64,000 nucleotides of DNA from Octopus vulgaris (GCA_951406725.2 OX597819.1:82274001-82338000); one strand, 5' to 3'; numbered from the stretch's first letter, positions 27,478-41,990 are shown. Notes: generated by a model from the sequence alone, not told the origin. Program-made: numbers and translations.

Positions 27478-28050
27478 TTGTCTATCTATCTATCTAGCAG
27501 TCTCTTTCTTTCTCGTGTCTATATATGTATATGTGTGTGTGTGTATGAGTATGTGTTTGTGTGTATATGTGTATATATATGTTTATATGTGTGTATATAA
27601 ATGTATATATATGTGTGTGTGTGTGTATATGTATAGATATATACATATCTATCTATATATTTGCATATATATGTATGTGTATGTATATATGTATATATGT
27701 ATGTGTGTATATATATATATGTATATATGTATATATGTATATATATATGTATATATGTATGCATATATGTATATATGTATGTGTATATATATATGTATAT
27801 ATGTATATATGTACGTATATATGTTTATATGTATCTGTATATATATATGTATGTGTATATATATATATGTATGTATATATGTATGTATATATGCATATAT
27901 GTATGTATATATATATGTGTATATGTATATATATGTATGTGTATATATGTGTATATATGTGTGTATATATATATATATGTATGTGTATATATGTATATAT
28001 GTATGCATGTATATATATGTGTATATTTGTCAGTGTATATATGTATGTAT
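27395..28050. repeat. (TATC)n followed by long compound (TA/TG)n low-complexity DNA
   Basis: Direct reading; source of the spurious YI/VY/CM ORFs. Confidence 0.95.
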
Positions 28051-28311
28051 TTTTTTTTATTTTATCTAGTTTCAGCTCACGAGCTGTGGCCATGCTGGGG
28101 CACTGCTGTTCGGTGTTGCTACATGATTTTACTTCACGAATGCTTTTTAGCAATTGACATTTGGTGCATGAGAGAGTTTGATGCAGCTGCCCTCATCTGC
28201 ACCTCCTGCCGTGAAGTTGGTTCATCAGGGACACCTGACAGGAAAGGTCCAGATTTATTTTAAAGACATATGTATATATGTATATATATATGTAAGTAAT
28301 ATATATATACG

Positions 28312-29012
28312 CATCATCATCATCATTATCGGTTTTCCATGCTGGCATGGGTTGGACAGTTTGACTGGGGACTGGCAAGCCAGGAGGCTCCAATCTGATA
28401 TGAGAATGTTTCTATAGCTGGATGCCCTTCCTAATGCCAACTACTCTGAGAGTGTAGTGGGTGCTTTTTACATGCCAACAGCATTGGAGCCAGTCAGGTA
28501 GCACTTGCATGAGCCATGTTCAGATGGTGCTTTTTACGTGCTACCAGCACAGGAACTAGTTGGGGCAGTGGGGCTGGCATCAGCCACGTTTGGATGGTGC
28601 ATTTTAAGTGCCACCAGCACAGGAGCCAATCAGGCAGCATTGGCATTGGCCACGACTACAATTTCCATTTGATTATGATTTGATTTTTGATTTTGATTTT
28701 ACTTGACTCAATAGGTCTCCTCAAGCATGGCGTGTCACCCGATGATTCAAAGGCACTTTTTAAATGGGCTGGTTATTTGACACTGGTGTAGGCTACGGAT
28801 GTCATCTCACTTTACTTGCTGGGCTTTCCTAATCACAGCATATCCCAGAGGTCTTGGTCTTTCATTCTTGCCTCTGTGAAGCCCAATGTTCGAAGGTCAT
28901 GCTTCACTACTTTATCCCATGTCTTTCTGAGCCTCCCTCCCCCTCGGGTTTCTTCCACTGTTAGGGAGCAAAACTTCTGCTCACAGCTCTCCCCATCCAT
29001 ACACAGCACATG
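28312..29012 (-). mobile_element. RTE LINE 3' fragment
   Basis: (CAT)n tail at 28312, CCATGCTGGCATGG hairpin, homologous to 42441-43100. Confidence 0.88.
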
Positions 29013-29479
29013 ATAGATCCATAGATTTTATTATCACTGGATCACACATAGTCCCCAGATGGTAACATTGATTTCAAGGCCTTCCCAGATGAGTAACTGG
29101 TTATTCAAAGACATTTATAGATTGTAAATTTATTCTTTCCAGTTACGTATCAGTATAGTGGTCATTTGCAAACACCAGAGGTGATACTTTCATTTCTCCT
29201 TAGCCCTCATGTCACACAGTTGTTAATGTTTATTTCAGTTGGGTCATGTCCTTCCAATTGCTATAGATCCGTATTGCATCTTATAGCTGTGCCTGTCACC
29301 TGTATGGTGAGGAATCCAACACTGGGAGTGGTAACGACTAGGGTACGGTAGCTGACTGCTTATTGTGATCATTCGTCTTTTGGCTTCCTGTACTTTTGCT
29401 CTCTTTTACAAATCCAGTGAACATACATATATTTCCTATTTCAAAGAAATTCAAACAATAGATATAAGACCCAAGTTAA

Positions 29480-29828
29480 AAAGATTCTCAACATTTCAAC
29501 TTCTCTGGTTGACATTAAGACACTCACCCCCAATAGGGGCCTTAGCTCACACACTTTAGAGCTCCATGACCTCCATTTTTCATGTGCAAAATCCTTTTAA
29601 CAGGTTCTATATGACTGGAATTTTGGAATCTGCACATAAAAATCAGTAGTATGGGATACATGTGTCATCACTAAAATTTTTTTAGGGTGTTTAAAGAGAG
29701 AAATAACCCTCATCTGCAATTTTGATGAAATTCGAATCATAGATATTACAGTTCATTACAGAAAATATAACAGAAAAGTCTAATTCTTCAATTGCATGTA
29801 ACTCGGGCAATGCCGGGTATCTCTGCTT
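29480..29828 (+). mobile_element. Probable Helitron-like element (3' end recognisable, 5' end uncertain)
   Basis: CTCGGGCAATGCCGGG-TATCTCTGCT resembles the 3' hairpin end at 46657-46684. Confidence 0.4.
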
Positions 29829-30514
29829 ATATATGTATATATATATATATGTGTAATGTTACATTTATGCATATATGCATATATATATGTATATCTGTCA
29901 TATTGAGGGTGCAAAAGAGAAACACTGACTAACAGACAAAGAGACATGTGAGTACAAGTGCGTTTGCAATTTGATGAATATTATATCCAAATTCCACTTT
30001 GGAAGTGCAAAACTAAGAAGGAAATCAGCAGATGACACAGATAACCTTTCAGTAATATGTGACATCCATTACAGCAGTTTATAACAATTCTGAGAAATGC
30101 TTCTGTGTAAGATGTTTTATTGGCAATATTTATTCATTATTTTCACATTATATCTACTTAGTTGATTGGATGCTTTCTCCTAACACAAACACAATATCTG
30201 TCCTCTTCATAAAGTCTCTTGTTGATTTTACTATATGAAGTGAGAGAGGTTAATTTTACCTCCTAATAAATGCTGACCACATTATCTCAGACTTCAAATC
30301 AAGTATCCTGTTACAGTTGCACACATTATATAGTAGAAAAGATAATTGAATTTATCTGTTTGCTTTTGCTTAATAATGATTAGGTATGCTGGCTAAAAGA
30401 GAGTACAGTAGATGAGCAAGTTTCGGTTCCGAAGAATTACGAGTATTACTTTATTCCATTGCATGAAATGTGCTGTTCTCTTCACTTCATTTTTACCTGC
30501 AACTACATTTGACT

Positions 30515-30925
30515 CCCTTTATTCTTTTACTTGTTTCAGTAATTAGAGTCAATCATGCTGGGGCATTGCCATGTGGAATTTTTAGTAGACTGAATTGATT
30601 CCAGTTTGTTTTTTTTTTAAAAACCTGGTACTTATTCTATCAATTTCTTTTGCTGAACCACTATGTTATGGGGACATAAACACACAACACCAGTTATCAA
30701 ACAGTGGCAGGGATAAACACAGTCACAATCACACACACACACACATATGTATATGTATGCATACATATAACAAGCTTTATATTCAGTTTCTGTCAACCAA
30801 TCCAATCAGAAGGCTTTGTTTGGCCCAAGGCTAAAGTAGAAAAAAACTTACCCACAATACCACATAGTAGGACTGAATCCAGAACCATGTGGTTGGGAAA
30901 TAAGCTTCATACTATCGCTACATCA
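30515..30925 (-). mobile_element. SINE family 1, diverged full-length copy
   Basis: Colinear with 1153-1561. Confidence 0.85.
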
Positions 30926-31459
30926 TCAATGAGCTAGTGAGTAAAATTGTTTTTTACAGATTCACCCAACCTATTCTAGCAGTTAGCAACAAAAATGAAA
31001 AATAGGAAAAGAAAAATGTAAAAATGTTCAACATTATTTGTGTTCATTAATGCTATTAATGTTCAGAGATGCAGATGGCTAAGCTAATGGGTTATTGAAT
31101 AACTAACTAAGGAGACAGCAATGTATATATGGTTATGTGTTTTGTGTATGACCAATATACTTAACTCTCAGTAGTCCAGTTTACCAATAAAGATCAGTAG
31201 TCCAGTTTTACTGTTGCAATAGTAAAAGTAGTAAAAATGAAGTGTTTTGTTGGTTTATGTATATAGACACATGGTAAACTGATCTGAGAACTTAGGTGTT
31301 AATTGTAAGAAAAAAATACTGATAAAAGATATGATATAGCTGAACAATGAGAAACACGATGTGCAAAAGAATAGTTAAAATATCCTTTTAAATCATGCTT
31401 TTGATCTGTACAACACTACCTATGTAGTAATATTTAAATTCATAATCATTTATTGTAAT

Positions 31460-31640
31460 TGTAAAGCTGTGTGGTCTTGTGGTTAGGGTGCCTGACTTCC
31501 AACCATAATGGTATGGGTTCAATTCTTTGATCAGGTAGAATGTTGTGTCTTTGACTAAAACACTGCATTTCATATTGCTCTAGTCTATTTAGCTGTGAAT
31601 GAGAACAAGCCAATATCTGGCTGGTACAGCTTTCTCTTCC
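31460..31640 (+). mobile_element. Decayed SINE family 2 head
   Basis: TGGTCTTGTGGTTAGGGTG..GGGTTCAATTC..TGTGTCTTTGACTAAAACACT..TTGCTCTAGTC. Confidence 0.6.
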
Positions 31641-32319
31641 TCCAGCTACCATAAGTTGAGGGAGATTATAGAATATTTTATGTTTGATCATGTTTGTATA
31701 GGCACCTGAAACATTTGTTAAAAGAATGCAACATATTACCACTCCATATTCATTGAGGAATCTTGGCTGGTTTTACCTTATTCTTATCATAGTGGCAAAA
31801 ACTTTTTTGTTATTTTTTTCTATACATGTAAAAAAACAAAAATTTGCCCACTACTGGTTAAAGTATGAGAGGATTATACTTTGCTGATGAGATGTAATGA
31901 GACTGAAACATGTATGTAGCTGTTACCATGCCAACAAACAATGATCAGATTTTCTCCTTAATCTAGGAAATTCAATATGATGTGAAACTAATTCACATTT
32001 TTTGATCCTTGTTAATCCACCAATGCTATAATCAAAAGTATTCTAGCCTTGATCATCCTGTATTTTAGCATACCCAACACTACATTAGCCTATATGTTAC
32101 AGGTTTGAAGTGGTTGGATGTGGGTTGAAGATTTAACTGCTATTCTTACTGAGCTTAGTGATTATATAAAAGCTCTCTCATTCGCTTATATTCTACTCTT
32201 TATTTCAATTTTTTGTTTGAAATTGCCAACCATTATCTTTGAATTTCTAATAATTCAAACTAAATTTTTGTTCTCTTTTTCCAACTAAGAGGCAAATTCC
32301 AATCCATTCTGTACAACAC

Positions 32320-32640
32320 CACCTAACTGATTACTATTCTGGCACTCTGTCTGTTATGACGAGGAATATTCCAGATGATCCAATCAACAGAACAGCCTTC
32401 CCGTGAAATTAATGTACAGACATGTGTAGCTTTAACATAGTTCTCAGGGAGATTCAGCATGATACAGAAAGTGACAATGTTGGCCCTTTGAAATATAGGT
32501 ACAACTCATTTTTACCAGCTGAGTGAATTGGAGCAAAGAGAAATAAAGAGTCTTGCTCAAGGACACAAAGTGCCTCTAGGAATTGAACACATGACCTTAC
32601 TATTGTGAGTCAAATACCTAACCACTAAGCCATACACTTG
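32320..32640 (-). mobile_element. tRNA-headed SINE, family 2
   Basis: Minus strand GGCTTAGTGGTTAGGGT..GTTCAATTCC..GTGTCCTTGAGCAAGAC..TTGCTCCAATTCACTCAGCTGG. Confidence 0.8.
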
Positions 32641-32975
32641 ATTACTAAGACTATAATAACACACACAAATAATCAACTTAGGAAGAAGAATGATAAATGG
32701 TGGCATTAGATACAATATAATGGTATTAATATTCTTTACAATTATTGTTTTGTTTGAAATTTTTCATTTTACAATTAAAACTTATATTTCACTTAGTGTT
32801 TTTGTTGTTCTTGTTTATCCCCTGGTCAAGCAAACCTATAATCAAAGGTGTTTCAACCTACGGCCATTTTACATTTTTGTATGTCCAGCACTACCGTTTT
32901 TTGAGTTGAGGAAGATTTGGCTGCTATTTTTAGCCAAATCTAGTGAGCACATAGAGTAGTCATAAAAAAAAATGT

Positions 32976-33258
32976 AAAGTTACCTTCTCAAGTCATACCA
33001 ACTCATAAGAGCTGCTTTCCCAGTTTCATGGCATATATATTCCACACTGGGACGGGACACTGGTCCATCACAGGATTACACATTTTTTGCCAGCCAAGTG
33101 GACTAGAGCAATGTAAAATTAAGTGTTTTCCCCAAGAACACAACTATATTGCCCAGTCCAGGAATTGAAACCACAATGTTACAATCATGAGTCCAACACT
33201 CTAACCACTAAGCCATGCACCTCGATACACCCTAACCACTAAGCCGCATGCCTCCACA
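32976..33258 (-). mobile_element. tRNA-headed SINE (family 2 head, different body) with a duplicated A-box segment
   Basis: Same head as 32320-32640; body GTAATCCTGTGATGGACCAGTGTCCCGTCCC..GAAACTGGG; CTAACCACTAAGCC occurs twice (about 33200 and 33232). Confidence 0.75.
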
Positions 33259-34059
33259 TCAAGTAGTCATGGGAAACTACAACCTGCAGAATTTTCTGAA
33301 TGGTATGTCCAACAAAAATTTACTTTCAATTATTTTGATAGTGTGAGCCTTCTCCAAAAAGGTTGCCCATTTAGAGATTCATAGCCATTTACTTTTCCTT
33401 TCAATGCAGCATTGTGGAGACTTTCATAAAAAAACAATGCTATACATAAACTACATGTTTTTCATTTCAAATGTTTATCATCTAATTATTGGTACTAATT
33501 GGGCACCTTTCATTTCTAACAAAATTAGACAATAATTGAATAAGACAAAAACTAAATAATTAAATGAAAACAAGACCTAGAAAAACAGTCAGCTGTGCAT
33601 TCTATAAGTGATTTAATAATAGTGCTATAATCTGCTTCTGGCCTTTAACAAGGTGCACAGACATAAGGCAATGTTCCAAATTGCAACGGTTTGATAAAGA
33701 AGATAAAAAAAATAAATCAATCTCCTATAAGACTGATCAAAATATGGCTGAAAGTCAGAAAATATAAAGATTGAAAATTGCATTCTTTTATTATTTTTTT
33801 TACTGCCTTTGGTCATTCAAGTGTGACCATGCTGGGATACTGCCATCATATAAAGTAAAAATTTGAAATATTTTCAAAGTATTACTTAAAAGTGTTTTTT
33901 TAAAATTTTTCTGATTTTCTGCATGATTGATAACACAAAAATGTAAATATACACCAACTTTTACAAACACACACACACATGCACATGCATGCATATTCAC
34001 AAACACCGCACACGATCCTCATACACATACAAACACATATGTGCCTTTTATACAGCTGC

Positions 34060-34456
34060 TATCTTGTTTCAGTCACTGGACTGCGACCATTCTAGGGTAC
34101 CACCTTGAAGGATTTAGCTGAACAAATCAACCCCAATATTTACTTTTATAAGTCTGGTACTTATTCTAGTGGTCTCTTTTGCCAAACTGCTAACTTACAG
34201 GAATATAAACAAACCATCATCAGTTGTCAGGTGATGGTGAGGATACAAAGACAAATATAAAGATACACACACTTATATACATACACACATATATGATAGG
34301 CTCCCCTACAATTTCCATGTACCAAATTTACTCAAAATCAATCAATCACTCCAGGGCTATTGTAGAAGACTCTTGCTGAAAGTGTCATGCGGTGGGTTTG
34401 AACTTGTATCACTTGGTTGCAAAGTGAGGTTCATAACCACACAGCCTTGCCTGCAC
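34060..34456 (-). mobile_element. SINE family 1, diverged copy
   Basis: Colinear with 1153-1561. Confidence 0.8.
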
Positions 34457-34851
34457 TTATATGTATACATGCTCTAGACATTATAAAAAAGAATGGAGAA
34501 TTATACATCTTCAGACTTTATTTATTACAGTATTATTCTCATTAAATTCCTATCCAATATGTTTCTGTTGTTCCTTTATGTTGTAAGTATATATATATAT
34601 ATTATTCAAAGAAATTTCAACTCTGTCTGTTTTTTATGTTTTATTTATATTCTTTTTAATATTAATGTAGAATATAGAATATATAGTATAAATAATATAT
34701 ATATGGTAAAATGAAATGAAGTTTTGATTGTCTTATTGAAAAGATGAAATATTGAATATAAAATATTAAGGGACTAGTATACTTTCTTGCATTATAGCAG
34801 TCTTCAAGGTCTCAGTTTGTAACAGGAGTGTTTCAACTGTCTTTCAACTTT

Positions 34852-34887
<36 letters not shown>

Positions 34888-35842
34888 TATAAATTATTTC
34901 TTATGAACTAATTATGAACTCAGTTTCTTAGTTTGAAAATAAGCTACAGAACTCTTTACTAAACTAAGGGATAGGAATAGCTAGCTTATGGGAGATGGTT
35001 ATATGTTAAGAAGTTCACATTGTAACCCTGTGGCTTTATCCTACTAGGTAGCACAATTTGTTTGATAACTTTATGTTGAGAAGTTCCTTATTGGTGGTAG
35101 CTGGAAACTTTGCAGACCGTGGTACATATGTTTATATATAATCATACATAGGTGTGTGTATATCTCTGTCTGTGTAATCTATATAAGTGTGTGTGTGTGA
35201 GTGCATATATGAAGAAGGAAGAAAATTGATTGGTTATGCCACAAAGCACAGTGAAAAGATCAATACCAGGAATATTATTGCAAGAATACATCCAAAATTA
35301 GGTAATACAAGAATGGAGCAGAGAGAACAGCATGATCACAGAATACCAAAAGCACAAGTTTCGCTAGACCAGACAGGTTGTAAAGCTTACTGAGAAAGGT
35401 AGTTATATGCAGTTGCCAAGTGGTATCTAAGAAATTATAAAAGACCTCTATGGAGATGATCTTTGTAGTATCATATCAAGGTGTGGATTGTCATACTCAG
35501 TGCTTTTTAGATACAGTCTTTTACCTCTGAGTTTGACTCCCATTGAGGACAAATTTATTTTTCATTATTCTGAAGTTGAAGTAAGTACCACTCAAACACT
35601 GGTGTCGATGTTGTCAACTATGTTCTTTTCCTAAATTTGAAGCTATGTTTCTATGTAAGAAATCAATATCATCTCAGTACTTAAGGCAGTAGATTAGGAG
35701 AATTGTTAGAGTGTGAAATGGAGTGTCTTACAGCATTTAGTTATGATCCTTTACATCTTGAATTCAAATCTCACCAAGACTGATTTTAACTTTTAATTCT
35801 TTCTGGGTCAATATAATCAGATCTCCACCATATGCACATAGA

Positions 35843-35849
35843 CACACAT

Positions 35850-35927
<78 letters not shown>

Positions 35928-35942
35928 ACACACCCACACACA
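35843..35942. repeat. (CA)n microsatellite
   Basis: Direct reading. Confidence 0.95.
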
Positions 35943-36621
35943 TGGGCATACATACATATGCACACACAAAATTTTGCTTTTGTAGCTATATATAAAATCA
36001 ATATTATGTCATGGTTTAAAAAATTGAAGTGATGGACTTAACAAGAAGTTCAGCCTGAAATATTGAAAATAATTTACTTTAGACACATATTGGAAATAAA
36101 GTTAAATATTGTTAACTTTATATATATAGATCAAGGAAAAGTGCGTACTGTGCCAGGTTCATGTTAAGTAAAATGGACTTTTTGTAACAGAACTAGCTAA
36201 TAATAATATGAATAAACAGAACTGATCATGTCACCATGAAAATACAAGCTTAAAGAAATCTATTTCAATGTACTGCTATGTTGTTTAATGTTCATATGTC
36301 AATAATACTAGTATATAATACCTTTAGTGATTTTTCTTCAGGTAATATTTCAAATAAAATTCTGTGACATATTTTCTACTTTCTAAATAAATACATACTA
36401 TCAAGTTTGATTTCAAAATTCTTACTCTTTGTTTTGTATTTTTTAAGCTAAAACTTTGGTAAAATAAAACTGAAATATTTTAATACAAACATGACTGAAA
36501 TTAAATGTAAAAATAGATATTGTCTGAAAGGTATAAAGTGATTAAAATCTCCAACTAGAATTCACTTGAATTTAAGTGAGAACAACTTTTAAAGTATGTA
36601 AATCTTTTCAATAAAATTCAA

Positions 36622-36850
36622 CCCTTTAGCATTCAGATATACTATGCATTTATTCTATCAAATGTAATATGCATTTATTCACATTGTTATTAAATATTAT
36701 GTACTATCCCTTAGCTTTCAGATTTTGATGATGTAATTTATTCTTGGGAATGATACTAGAGGGTTGGTGTGAAAGGCTGGATCTGGCCAGTTTGAACATA
36801 AAACAGGAAGAATATTTGGGCTAGATACAGCCAGTTTAAATGTTAAAGGA
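36622..36850. mobile_element. piggyBac-like MITE
   Basis: Ends CCCTTTAGCATT and AATGTTAAAGGA, flanked by TCAA and TTAA (TTAA-like TSD). Confidence 0.6.
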
Positions 36851-37959
36851 TTAAGGCATTTCTGTGAAAATTAGAAAATGTTTGTATGATGCAGAGTAGG
36901 TAGATTGACTAAGAAAAATTGTTTTGGGAATTAACTTATCAGACTTTTATTTTTTATATATTTAAAGTATTGATACTTTATTTGAATTTATTGTATTAAA
37001 TTTAATTTTATCAAATTCTGATAAATGTGCTTTTGTCAAGTTGTAATAAATTGGATATATTGTCTTCATATGTCTCTACGATTTTTTGCACATCCCTATA
37101 CCACATGGGTAATATAAGATTATCCATTTATTCTCTTATGCTGTCACTTTTTGCTTTTCATTTATATATGTCAAACTAGCATTTTGATCTCTATGATTAT
37201 TGGAAGTTTTCCTTTAAAGTGTGTTTTGTGCTGGGTTGCTCATATCATTTTACTCTGCATGAAGTCCGGAAGGAAATCTTTGCTGCTATCTTAACTTCAA
37301 TGTTAAGACGGATGTCTTTCTTGTTCAGTATGCTAATTTCTTTGTGTGGTAATTTCTGTATTTAGTGTTACATTGCTGGCATACCTAATCACTGTCAGAA
37401 GCATTTGGTAGTGAACTACACATAAATTTTAGTTACTAGTGACAGCTCTCTAGTGACTAATGACAAAGCATACTAAATATTTTCACAGCTATCTTCATTC
37501 TTCATTTTGATTTTCAAAGTATATAATTCAAAGAAAACCTATGTGCAGTTTTATGTCATGTAAAGTTTAAACAACTTCCTTCAACCGAGACAGCCAAGAT
37601 TAATGATAATGCTGCTCTACAGTGCATTTGCAAACTTGAATAAAACTTAGTGTAATTCTATACTACTATAAAAATTGCTACCACACTTTTTATGGTTATC
37701 ACATTGTTTTTATTAATGAATCTTATGAGTTGTATATATGATGTCAATTAAAAGATAACATATTTGGAGTAATATTTTGTGGGGTTATAGCTATCATCAT
37801 CAAAATAATGCCTACTTTTCTATGCTTGTATGGATCAGAATTTATCAAGGCAGATTTTCTATGGTTAAATGCCCTTCTTGTCACTAAAAAGTACCTGTTT
37901 CCAAGTAAGGTAATAATCACTTCACTGCTACATATGTTTCTACAGTTTATTGGAAATAA

Positions 37960-38111
37960 TGACACTGCCCGTATGACAATGTGACACTCATTTACAACTA
38001 TATTCATAGGCAAGATAAGGAGACACAAACATATACATTCATGCACACACACATATAACAAGCTTCTTTCAGTTTCCATCTACAAAAGCCTTGGGTGATC
38101 TGGAACTATAG
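37960..38111 (-). mobile_element. SINE family 1-related fragment interrupted by a mariner
   Basis: AAGCTTCTTTCAGTTTCCATCTAC..ACTATAGTA. Confidence 0.6.
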
Positions 38112-38113
38112 TA

Positions 38114-38670
38114 TTGGGTTGGCAACTAAGTCCCCACCATTTTTTAAAATCTAAATTTTATAAAAGATTTAATAAAAAAAACAACTAATTAATCAATAAT
38201 GTATTCACCCTTGTTGTTTGCAACCTTTTCCCTACATTCAACAAGATTTTCAATACCTCATTGGTAGAAATCACCCAATTTCGACTCCGAATTGATCCAA
38301 CCAAGCTCTCAATTCTGCATCAGTTTTGAATGAAACTCTGCACATAGCATTTGAAAGAGATCGAAAGAGGTGGAAATCCATTGGTGCTAAATCAGGAGAG
38401 TACAGCGGGTGTGGCAGCACTTCCCAGCCATCCGTTTGAATGGCTTCCTTGGTCATATTAGCGATAGCTGTGTTGAGTCATTCCATCCGATGAACATAGA
38501 GTTCCACGTTGACCGTTTAATTCCGTTCAAGCAATTCATAATGGATAATCCCTTCACAGTCCCACCATATGCACAACATCATTTTACGCAGATGAAGATC
38601 TTGTTTCATGCATGGTGTTGCTTGTTTACAGGGGCTAAGTCCTTAAGGGTGACAAAAATTGTTTCTAGTC
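38114..38670 (-). mobile_element. Mariner (DD34D) transposon 3' portion with TIR
   Basis: TIR TTGGGTTGGCAACTAAGT; GWEVLPHPLYSPDLAPMDFHLFRSLSN and KMMLCIWWDCEGIIHYELL. Confidence 0.92.
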
Positions 38671-39039
38671 AGTAGTTGTTTAGTTTTTTTATAAAACCTG
38701 ATTATGCAGAACTCTGATCAGAGATAACCCAGACATGACCATCTTGTCTTTTTTTTTTTTTTTCAAGGATAATATGTCCTGGACTACATTATACAATATA
38801 TTGCTTTTTTATAAGATGCTATTGTGTATATTGGGTATTATGTATTATTCTGCATTTAAGGGGATGGAGGGGGCGGTTAAAAGAAAATTTGGCTGTTATT
38901 TCTAACAGAGATCAAATAATTACAATAAAGACTCTTTTGTGTTATTAGTACATGTGTGTTCAGGAGTATTGTGGGTATTGAAGAAATTTCAAATGAAGGT
39001 TACTCTGGAAATTATTAATTTAACTGAGAGCTTTCTCAC

Positions 39040-39212
39040 TAGCCACTACACACATTTTTTCTCTCCTTGTTTTCTGTGTCACTTTCTGTAGAAGAGCATA
39101 GGCTCAAAACATAAAAGACTTTTTCTATTCCTGAGCGTTATACTAATACATCTGTTTGTTTTGTACACCACCTGTCTTCGTCTTTTGTTGTTTTTTTTCA
39201 TAAACTCTCCCT
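39040..39212 (+). mobile_element. Mini-element with a decayed minimal HHR (same family as 52612-52797)
   Basis: TTT-CTGTAGA-AGAGC ATAG GCTC-AAAAC-ATA-AAA; the downstream ~95 bp is nearly identical to 52705-52797. Confidence 0.65.
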
Positions 39213-39384
39213 TTAAAGACATGATTGATAGCAGAAACAAACATAGACTTAAAGCATTCTAGGTTGTTAGTATCGATGAAATTTCTCTAGAAGCAGAATC
39301 AGTAGAAATACTATCATGACCAAAATGAGTAAAAGAACAAAAGAAAGAATATATATATATAAATATAACAGCTCCATCTGAGCA

Positions 39385-39800
39385 GGATCACTGCCAGAGC
39401 AGCTGTCTGGCTTCCATGCCGGTGGCATGTAAAAAGCACCATTTGAGCATGATTGTTACCTGTGTTGCCCTACTGGCACTTGTGCCGGTGGCACATGAAC
39501 AAAAAATTCTAGCGAGGTTGTTGCCAGTGCTGCTGGACTGACTCCTGTGCAGGGGGCACGTAAAAAGCATCATTTGAGTGTGGCTGTTGCCAGTACCGCC
39601 AGACTGGCCCTCGTGCCAGTAGCACGTAAATGCACCCACTACACTCTCGGGGTGGTTGGCGTTAGGAAGGGCATCAAGCTGTAGAAACTTTGCCAGATCA
39701 GATTGGAGCCTGGTGCAGCCATCTGGTTCGCCAGTCTTCAGTCAAATCGTCCAACCCATGCTAGCATGGAAAGCGGACATTAAATGATGATGATGATGAT
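39385..39800 (+). mobile_element. RTE LINE 3'UTR fragment with ~60-bp tandem units
   Basis: Repeated GGCACGTAAAAAGCACC-like units, CCATGCTAGCATGG hairpin, (GAT)n tail. Confidence 0.88.
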
Positions 39801-40387
39801 AACTATCTATAGAATCATTGAAACATATTACCATTTCTGAAAACATACAAGACATCTCAGCTTACAAGCAGATGCTGGAGTCATGCTTATTCAATAGCAA
39901 TGGGTTTACTAAACTGATTTATTCTGAATTTTATTTTGCAGTTATTTTGCATCAAACATGCTTTTTCTTTTTTTTTGTTATGTGAAAGACATTATTACTT
40001 TTAAGTTGACAAACATGAATACGATTTCGGGTGTAGTTTTTCTTTTGTATTTAAAAGCAGATACTACTTACATAATAAATTGGCATTATATTCTCTTATG
40101 AGAGCATAGAAGGCTAAGAAGATAGGTAGAGTACAAGACGACCAGCTGAGAGGCTGATAGTTTATATCTTTCCATAGACACAGAGTTATGTTCATGGCTG
40201 AAAAACTTTCAGTCAACATAATTGTAAACTTGTTCCACAGATTAAAAACAACTTGCCTTTCCTTAACTTACATTTCCAAACTGAACATAAAGGACTAATA
40301 AGGAAATATGAGAAATCCTTCACCAAAAAGATCACATGTGAACGTAGTTTTGTTTTCCAAGATATACATATATACTTGTGTGTGTGT

Positions 40388-40688
40388 GCAGGTGTGGATG
40401 TGTGATAAGAAGCTTGCTTCCTAACCACATTGTTCTGGGCTCAAACCCATTGCCTGACATCTACTAAGGGCCTAGGTTGACCTAAGCCTTCTGAGTGGAT
40501 TTGGTTGACAGAAACTGAAAGAAACATGTTGTATATGTGTGTGTGTTTGTACCCCATCACTGCTTAACAACCAGTGTTGTTTTGTTTACAGCCCTGTTAC
40601 TTAGCTGTTTAGCAAAATGGACCAATAGAATAAGTACGAGTTTTAAAAATAAGTAGTAGGGTTAATTTGTTCAACTAAATCCTTCAAC
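40388..40688 (+). mobile_element. SINE family 1, diverged copy
   Basis: Colinear with 15053-15430. Confidence 0.8.
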
Positions 40689-40806
40689 ATATATGTGCAT
40701 GTATTTGTGTAATACGCATACATTAATATATTCATAGATGTGTATGTACACACACACATACACATATATATTCTTTTACACATTTCTGCCCTAAGGCTGT
40801 GGTCAT

Positions 40807-40854
<48 letters not shown>

Positions 40855-41071
40855 CGTATGTATGTATGTATGTATGTATGTATTCATATATATGTCATTA
40901 GGAAGGGCATCCTGTTACAGGTGTTGAATCACTGGTGCATGACATGATCCTACCAAATGGCACAACCCATCCATCAGGAAAGGCAAGCATGTATATATAT
41001 ATATATGTTATATATATATATATATATATACAATATATATGTATATAAATGTATACAATGATGATGATATA

Positions 41072-41624
41072 TCTCTTATATAAAATCTATTCTGTCTGTC
41101 TATGTGTGTGTCTTCTTGGATCTTGGGCTTCCTCCATCTGATTGTGCTCAAATTTGATATGTAGATACTGATGGTATCAGGGCATGTATAAGTCTTGAAA
41201 AAATTACAAAAATCGATTCCAGGTGAGAATGCGATCGATAAAACCATTTTGTCCTGTTTTTCTTCCGTCAACCTGTATATAACTGCACCTTCCATTTTTT
41301 TGTTGTTTTTGTACTGCTTCAAGGCACGTTTCTTTCCTGCCAAGCTTACTGTTTAAACCATGTTTGTGTTCCCCCAGCCTTATCATTACTGGTACTTTAA
41401 ACTCTTCGGTTGCATATTTGTGTGAATAAAATCGTTTTTCTTTGGAATAGAAAAATGTCTATCTTTACTTCTCCTTTTGCTGGTGTCTCAAATTTAGGTT
41501 AAATCAGTGTTTCTTAAAGGAGAGGCCTATGGGACAGTCGGACAAGTTGTTTTGAGAAAATTTGGTTTAAATGTTTGACAACTCAGCACCGTCCATTGGA
41601 CGGTGGGGGGGGCGTTTTGCTCAT
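41072..41624 (+). mobile_element. Non-autonomous Helitron-like element
   Basis: 5' A|TCTCTTATATAAAA followed by CTGT repeats; perfect 3' hairpin CACCGTCCA-T-TGGACGGTG (41587-41605); terminal CTAG degenerate. Confidence 0.55.
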
Positions 41625-41657
41625 ATTTAAATATTTATGTACATGTATGCCCAACCA

Positions 41658-41990
41658 CAGGTATATCTGTGTGATTCAGGAGATCATGGTCTCAAGTTCA
41701 ATCCCACTGCCTGTCATCTTAGGCAAGTGTCTTCTATGATAGTCCCAGCTTAACCAAAGGCTTGCAAATGGATTTGGTAACTGAAACTGAATGTGTCCTA
41801 ATACCTGATCGTGTGTGCATGTGTATGTGTGTGTATGCATGGGCAGGGGTGGGTATGCATGGGTGTGGTGCATGCACATGTTGTCATTTTCTTTCTTGTC
41901 TTAACATCATGTAGTAATTATAAGTGAATGTCATAATGTCATATCTGCTATGTCTTTCATTTCCAATCTTCCAAGAAAACATGTCCAATC
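41658..41990 (+). mobile_element. SINE family 1-related diverged copy
   Basis: AGTTCAATCCCACTG..CTTAGGCAAGTGTCTTCTAT..GGATTTGGTAA. Confidence 0.65.

Noticed and set aside
27515-28263. Long ORFs of 100-200 aa rich in Y/I/V/C/M/H/T (also near 23.6-24.0, 46.6-46.9 and 52.7-53.2 kb)
   Set aside because: They are translations of stop-free TA/TG microsatellites.
36330-36347. Recursive-splice-like YnCAG|GTA sites (also near 5141 and 63766 on plus, and about 1958 on minus)
   Set aside because: Donors are non-consensus and such words are expected by chance in 64 kb of AT-rich DNA; saw-tooth nascent RNA data would be needed.
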